Shown here: positions 59,080 to 64,000 of the stretch, piece after piece
How positions within the stretch are numbered: position 1 is the stretch's first letter
How the letters are laid out: the number at the start of each line of letters is the position of its first letter
Virus record (IMG/VR): IMGVR_UViG_3300028591_000109
Location: 77,568-141,567 of that record
Origin: a virus
Lineage: Duplodnaviria > Caudoviricetes
Strand: one strand, 5' to 3'
DNA: 64,000 nt
The notes under the pieces: generated by a model
The model's input: the letters and a program-made list of their open reading frames with translations, nothing else
What the model was told of the DNA's origin: nothing
The model's database searches: none
Position numbers and translations under genes: made by a program

Positions 59080-59307
59080 TTACGCTGCATTTACGATTTC
59101 AGTTATCTCGTTTTCGAGAGTCAGATAGTACTCAAGTCCAGGGCTCACGCACATCCCCTGCCTACGGGCACGGCGGATGCGGCGGATAGCTCGCTCGGTC
59201 GCATTGAAGCGGCCGCAGATAGGCCACAGGCGGCTGTCGTCGTTCCTGCGGAAATAGGCGTTAATCTGCCTGATAGACATATCGTCCACGTTTCTTGGCT
59301 GTTCCAT
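59080..59307 (-). CDS. Hypothetical protein
   Basis: 75 aa, ends in AA. Confidence 0.55.
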   Translation of the reverse strand: MEQPRNVDDMSIRQINAYFRRNDDSRLWPICGRFNATERAIRRIRRARRQGMCVSPGLEYYLTLENEITEIVNAA

Positions 59308-59310
59308 ACT

Positions 59311-59664
59311 CTACGCTTCTTTAGATGTTACACGATTGTCCTCACGATAGCGCCACTCCATCAGTGTGTCTGTGAAGCGGCCAAACTTGCCGTGCCACGA
59401 CTCGCCACCCTCGCGGAAGAACGAGTGCCATAGCGTTTCCTGATAGCACGCCTTGATAGCCCAGTGCGGCTGCTCGTTGTCGTTGCGCACACTCACGTCC
59501 ATAGGGCCGTAGCCGTATAGTGCAAAGTAGAGGTCGGCCTCCTGGTCGTACCACTGGCGCATAGCATCCTGCACATGATCACGCTCAATGTCGTGCTCGT
59601 AGCAATACTCAAACTTCTTGTGGATGTTCGGGAAATAGAGCCGAACAGTCGTAGTCTTTGCCAT
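59311..59664 (-). CDS. Hypothetical protein
   Basis: Start MAKTT. Confidence 0.6.
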   Translation of the reverse strand: MAKTTTVRLYFPNIHKKFEYCYEHDIERDHVQDAMRQWYDQEADLYFALYGYGPMDVSVRNDNEQPHWAIKACYQETLWHSFFREGGESWHGKFGRFTDTLMEWRYREDNRVTSKEA

Positions 59665-59683
59665 AGTCACAGTCCTCCCTCGT

Positions 59684-59890
59684 TTACGCGCAGAACCCGT
59701 CGAACGGGTCCCACGTATAGTTCAACTCATGCGCCATGTCCTGCACGGCAGTCTTGCCGCACTCGTCCATAGCAGGGGCAGCCAGCAGGCCGGCGGCCAT
59801 AGACACGATGATAGCACTCTCAGCCTGAAGGCGTACACACTTGGGCGCATTGTCCCAGATTTTCTTGATGATAGCTTTCTTTGTTGTCAT
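59684..59890 (-). CDS. Hypothetical protein
   Basis: 68 aa. Confidence 0.55.
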   Translation of the reverse strand: MTTKKAIIKKIWDNAPKCVRLQAESAIIVSMAAGLLAAPAMDECGKTAVQDMAHELNYTWDPFDGFCA

Positions 59891-59977
59891 AACTTGTTTC
59901 TCCTTTTGATTTGTTGATTTGAATAATTTGAATTGAATTTGAAAAATTTCTCGGTCGATAGACCGATCCGAATAGTC

Positions 59978-60100
59978 TTACGCTGCCTGTGCCAGCGTTA
60001 CGCCCAGACGCTGGGCTGCCTTGCGCATAGCCTCGCGCTCATAGTCGTACACTCGCAGCACCACCTTGCGGCCTGCGAAGTTGATAGTCATTTTCTCCAT
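59978..60100 (-). CDS. Small protein (MEKMTINF...LAQAA)
   Basis: GACTATG start; 40 aa. Confidence 0.5.
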   Translation of the reverse strand: MEKMTINFAGRKVVLRVYDYEREAMRKAAQRLGVTLAQAA

Positions 60101-60170
60101 AGTCTTGAATTGATTTTGAATGTTTGTTTGTCTTGATAGTTCCCCACCCCTCCAGGGGCGGGGATAGGGG

Positions 60171-60395
60171 TCACGCTGCCTCGCGATACCCCTGCGATAG
60201 AGTCTTGTGTTCGGCCTTGCGCTCCTCCGCCAGATCGAACGCGTCCGATACGAGCATACCCATGATGCACCCGCCGAACCAGCCGGCGACAGGGGCATAC
60301 TCATAGTTGCTCACATGGATGGCGACGATAGCGCACACCAGCCCACAGCCACAGCTGAACACAGCCTGGCCGATACGAACGATTAACTTCTTCAT
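60171..60395 (-). CDS. Small membrane protein
   Basis: Two hydrophobic segments; start MKKLIV. Confidence 0.55.
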   Translation of the reverse strand: MKKLIVRIGQAVFSCGCGLVCAIVAIHVSNYEYAPVAGWFGGCIMGMLVSDAFDLAEERKAEHKTLSQGYREAA

Positions 60396-60484
60396 TGCTT
60401 TGTCCTCCGAAATTATTTTGTTGATAGATGATACAATTAAGGCCCGCCTCCGTCGTGGGGGCAGGCCCGGATAGGGAGCGGCCT

Positions 60485-60667
60485 TTACAGGTCGAAGTCG
60501 AAACACTTGTCGATAAACGCCCGCAGCCGCTTGTCGCTCCAGTCACAGCCGATGTCACGCGCAAACTCAAACATGATGCGCTTCACCCCGGCCTCCTTGT
60601 ACGTTCGTGCGTCGCGCAACTCCTGGAGCTTCGGACGCAGTTGTAGAATCAGTGCTTGTTCTGCCAT
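60485..60667 (-). CDS. Hypothetical protein
   Basis: 60 aa. Confidence 0.5.
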   Translation of the reverse strand: MAEQALILQLRPKLQELRDARTYKEAGVKRIMFEFARDIGCDWSDKRLRAFIDKCFDFDL

Positions 60668-60690
60668 TCGTATAGGGGTTAGTTAAATAT

Positions 60691-60921
60691 TTAGTTCAAC
60701 TTCTGTCTGTCTATCTGCTTCTGTGCTGCCTCCAGCCTTACCCGATAGGCATACCACACGTTAAGAGCCTTCATGTATGAAGGGTTAGCCATCTTCACAG
60801 CACAAGGGGTTGAAAGCGTATAGCCGTATTTCTGCTTCACGAGATCCAGATTGTGCTGTGCTTCTTCCGTGCGTGCAGTCAGCGTAGCGACTGCCTTTTC
60901 TAACTGATAGTTGCTCCACAT
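60691..60921 (-). CDS. Hypothetical protein
   Basis: 76 aa. Confidence 0.55.
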   Translation of the reverse strand: MWSNYQLEKAVATLTARTEEAQHNLDLVKQKYGYTLSTPCAVKMANPSYMKALNVWYAYRVRLEAAQKQIDRQKLN

Positions 60922-60947
60922 AGTTTTGTCCTCCCTGATTTATTTCG

Positions 60948-61319
60948 TTAATACTGTTTCCTGCTCTTGCAATACACGGTGATGTAGCTCCCGCTGAAGC
61001 GGCGCGTGGTCATCTGCGTGCCCATAGTGCCCGCAGCCTCCGAGCTGGCGCGGTTCTTGGCCTTGCCCTTCTGCGGGCGTGCGATATTGCCCGCACGGAA
61101 CACGTTGCGCTCCAGACCCTCGCGCCTCTCCTCGCGCTCCTCAAATCGGCGGGCGGCCTCCTTCGTGCTCACATAGTGGCGCATAGGCCGGACTCCCTCC
61201 ATCGTCATGCCGTGCGACACCTCCGACGGCTCACTGAAATAACGACGCTCTTTGTTGTCGCCCGTGCAGCGCAGCAGGGCGTTCATGGCCTTCATCTCGG
61301 CCCAGTTTCTTCTTGCCAT
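60948..61319 (-). CDS. Basic hypothetical protein
   Basis: Start MARRNW. Confidence 0.55.
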   Translation of the reverse strand: MARRNWAEMKAMNALLRCTGDNKERRYFSEPSEVSHGMTMEGVRPMRHYVSTKEAARRFEEREERREGLERNVFRAGNIARPQKGKAKNRASSEAAGTMGTQMTTRRFSGSYITVYCKSRKQY

Positions 61320-61347
61320 AGTCTTCACTGTTTTATTGTTTCACTTG

Positions 61348-61485
61348 CGGGATGGGGCGGACTCGAACCGCCCTCGTTGCGCTCGCTCATAGTCACGGCT
61401 GACACCTGGTGCCCTCCGTCGAGATTCGTTGCCTCACAGACCTTATCGGCGTGCGCCCATAGTCGCTTTCACGCAGACCCATCCC
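61348..61485 (-). ncRNA. tRNA-like element (acceptor stem + T-arm, ~105 nt non-canonical interior)
   Basis: GGGATGG...GGCGG-TTCGAGT-CCGCC-CCATCCC-G. Confidence 0.5.
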
Positions 61486-62429
61486 AGCCATATAGGTTGC
61501 ACCCAGATAGGGCGCAAAATGGTTCTGATATTCACGCAATATCGGCGGTGTATTGCTTCAGTACGGTTCAATACACTTACCCGTCTCGTCGTTATATATT
61601 CTCCTTATAGCCTCTCGCCATAAGTCCCTACCGTGCCCGTCTCACGTTGTGGCTACGTCCCCAGTATCCGTGCGTATAGCGGTGTGCGTATAGCGCATGG
61701 ACTTAGGGATGATCTCGGCCCGTTTCAAGTGAGCATTTCACCCTTCGATTAGTAACCGACAAATATCCTTTGCCGTTGTTCAGTAATGTAGTGGCGGCAT
61801 CTCACAAAGCATTTCGCAAATGTGACAGCCTGTGAGGAAGATACCCATTTCGGGCATCGGAATTTTTGCCGATAGTTCTTCAGAATGGATCTTCAAATTT
61901 CGTCCACGTCTGCTTCGCGTTTAGCAAAATTCCACTTCCTGCGTTTGCGTACCTGCACAGCTCAGGCGTACACGCTGCGCCTTGTGGCGTTCGCGTGCGC
62001 CGTGCTGCGTTCCTGTGGCCTGTGCTGCGTTCCTTTGCCTGTGGCATCGGTGGCGGCGGTGGCCTGTGGAAAACAGGCACAAAAGGAAAACGGCGGCGAA
62101 AACGTTTGCGGCGTTTCGCTGCGGCCTGTGGCCTGTGGCGGCGTTCTTTGCGTTTCGCCTGTGGCCTGTGGCATCGGCATCGGCGGCGGCCTGTGGTGGC
62201 CTGTGCCTTTGCGTTCCGTTTGTTATGTGGTGGCGGCCTGTGTGCTTCGGCGTTTCGCTTCGGCGGTGGCCTGTGGCCTGTGCTGCGTTCCGTTTCGGAA
62301 CGGCGGCGGCCTGTTTTGGTGGCGTTTCGCTACCTTTGCGCCCTGTGCCGTTTTCGCTACGGCCAAAGTTACATTATTACAGGGCAAAGAACGGAACGCC
62401 GTACGGCGGCGGCGTTCCTGTGGTGGCCT

Positions 62430-63968
62430 TTATGCGGCGGCGGCATCGGCGGCCTTTACTACGGCGGTGGCCTGTGCCTGTGCGGCCTTTGCGGTGGCGG
62501 CGGCGGCATTTTCGGCGGCGGCCTGTGCGGCGGCGGCCTGTGTTCTGTTTGCAGAACGGCGGCGGCGTTCCTGTTTTGCGGTGGCGGCGGTGGCCTTTGC
62601 CTTTGCATCGGCGGCAATAATTTCGGCATCGGTGGCGGTGGCATCGGTGGCCTTTGCCTGTAAATCGGCGGCGGCGGCCTTTGCTTCGGCCTGTGCGGCA
62701 TCTACGGCGGCGGCGGCCTGTAATGCGGTGGCGGCGGCCAAAATCAAATCATATTGTTTTGCTTCGGCGGCCTGTGCGGCGGCATCGGCGGCGCAAATGC
62801 GGCGCAAAATATTATTGCAAATAATCATCATAACGGCCTTTTCGGCGTTCCACGCCGTTACGGCGTTTATGTGACGGCGGCCAAATGTGCCGATTTTAAT
62901 GCCTGTGGCGGTGGCGGCCAAAAGGAACGGCGAAACATTTTCGGCGGCGAAAATCTTCGGCGTTACATCTTCGGCCTTTATTGATACGGCGGCGGCATCA
63001 AAAACAGGAGCATAAACTTTCCACATCTTTACCACATCTTTACAGGCACGGGAAAGTGAAAACGCTTCGGCATGTGCGGCCTTAAATGCGGCCTTAAATT
63101 TGGCATCTTTGCGCAAATTCTTTAAGGCATCGGCGGCGGCGGCCAAAACGGCGGCGGCGTTTGTTTCGGCGGCATCTACGGCCAAAACGGCAATATCTTC
63201 GGCGGTGGCCTGTGCCTTTTCGGAACGTGCAAAGGCCAAATCAATACGGCGGCGGCGTGCCAAATCGGCGGCGGCCTGTGCTGCGGCCTTTGCTTCGGCG
63301 GCATCGGTGGCCTTTGCTTCGGCATCGGTGGCGGCGGCATCGGCGGCGGCCTTTGCCTTTTCCACATCGGCACGCAGCACGGCGGCGGCCTTTTCCTGTG
63401 CGGCCTTTTCCTTTGCCTGTGCGGCGGCATCGGCGGCGGCCTTTGCATCGGCGGCACGCCGTATCATTTTCGCCACCTTTGCGGCGGTGGCGGCGGCGGC
63501 CTTTGCGGCCTTTACATCGGCGGCGGCGGCGGCCTTTGCCGTGCGTGCCTTTTCCTTTGCCTTTATTGCCTTTTCGGCGGCCTGTTTGGTGGTGGCCGAA
63601 ACACGTGCGGCATCGGCGGCCGAATAATCGGCCTTTGCCTTATTTAAACGTTCTACGGCCTTTGCGGCCTTTTCATCGGCACGGCCTTTTGCCTTTTCGG
63701 CCGAAACGGCGGCGGCCTGTGCCTTTGCCGTACTTATTTGGCCGTTACGTATCTTTGCAACCAAATCGGCGGCCTTTTCTACGGCGGCGGCATCGGCGGC
63801 CTTTGCCTTTGCATCGGCATCGGCGGCGGCCTGTGCGGCGGTGGCGGCGGTGGCCTGTGTGGCGGCATCGGCGGCGGTGGCGGTGGCCTGTGCTGCGTTC
63901 TTTACTTTGTTTTCCTGTGCGGCGGCGGCGTTCTGTGCGGCGGCGGCGTTTGTTTCGTTCTTTTTCAT
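62430..63968 (-). CDS. Ala/Lys-rich low-complexity protein with a small non-repetitive core
   Basis: 512 aa ORF with AT-rich leader; atypical codon usage. Confidence 0.6.
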   Translation of the reverse strand: MKKNETNAAAAQNAAAAQENKVKNAAQATATAADAATQATAATAAQAAADADAKAKAADAAAVEKAADLVAKIRNGQISTAKAQAAAVSAEKAKGRADEKAAKAVERLNKAKADYSAADAARVSATTKQAAEKAIKAKEKARTAKAAAAADVKAAKAAAATAAKVAKMIRRAADAKAAADAAAQAKEKAAQEKAAAVLRADVEKAKAAADAAATDAEAKATDAAEAKAAAQAAADLARRRRIDLAFARSEKAQATAEDIAVLAVDAAETNAAAVLAAAADALKNLRKDAKFKAAFKAAHAEAFSLSRACKDVVKMWKVYAPVFDAAAVSIKAEDVTPKIFAAENVSPFLLAATATGIKIGTFGRRHINAVTAWNAEKAVMMIICNNILRRICAADAAAQAAEAKQYDLILAAATALQAAAAVDAAQAEAKAAAADLQAKATDATATDAEIIAADAKAKATAATAKQERRRRSANRTQAAAAQAAAENAAAATAKAAQAQATAVVKAADAAAA

Positions 63969-64000
63969 AACTTTAATTTTTTAGATGTTTGAATATTGAT

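Larger units (their letters stand above)
1..64000. mobile_element. Segment of a large Bacteroidales (Prevotella-like) temperate phage/prophage
   Basis: Modular order of tail/structural genes, holin-like genes, repressor/Cro switch, primase-helicase and early anti-defence array. No host housekeeping operons. Ends not in window. Confidence 0.85.

Noticed and set aside
61348-61485. Canonical tRNA or attachment site
   Set aside because: No D-arm or anticodon arm, 138 nt long, and no integrase or phage/host boundary nearby.

Overview
The window is part of a large temperate phage or prophage of a Bacteroidales host, probably Prevotella-like. The host call rests on TAnnTTTG promoters, gene starts without a Shine-Dalgarno sequence, and Bacteroidetes-type lipoproteins. 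No capsid, terminase or integrase is recognisable here. Layout: (1) 1-2.9 kb, a four-gene cassette of unknown function, a small HTH gene and a structured RNA candidate. (2) 2.9-20 kb, tail/structural and holin-like genes. These include a duplicated pair of diversity-generating retroelement (DGR) target genes whose last ~47 codons differ only in the way adenine mutagenesis predicts. The next ORF looks like an accessory protein fused in frame to the C-terminus of a DGR reverse transcriptase (RT), so the template repeat (TR) and RT core appear to be deleted. Five structural-gene starts share a non-host promoter, GCCCTTGA-N19-TATAAT-like. (3) 20-30 kb, a repressor/Cro-like switch, primase-helicase, a phage IF-1 and an exonuclease. 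(4) 30-33 kb, two [GxxExxY nuclease + FimB/Mfa2-like lipoprotein] units embedded in a REP/REPIN-like AATTTC-hairpin repeat family that also has dispersed copies. This is the best candidate for an undescribed system. (5) 33-64 kb, a long minus-strand array of early/anti-defence genes: DarB-like methylase-helicase, DnaJ-LPD29, DdrB-like ParB, ArdC, MutS-I and retropepsin. Many share a start module and ten end in Ala-Ala. A tRNA-like RNA and a compositionally anomalous Ala-rich gene lie at the head of the array. All family calls come from motif recognition by eye, not from database searches.
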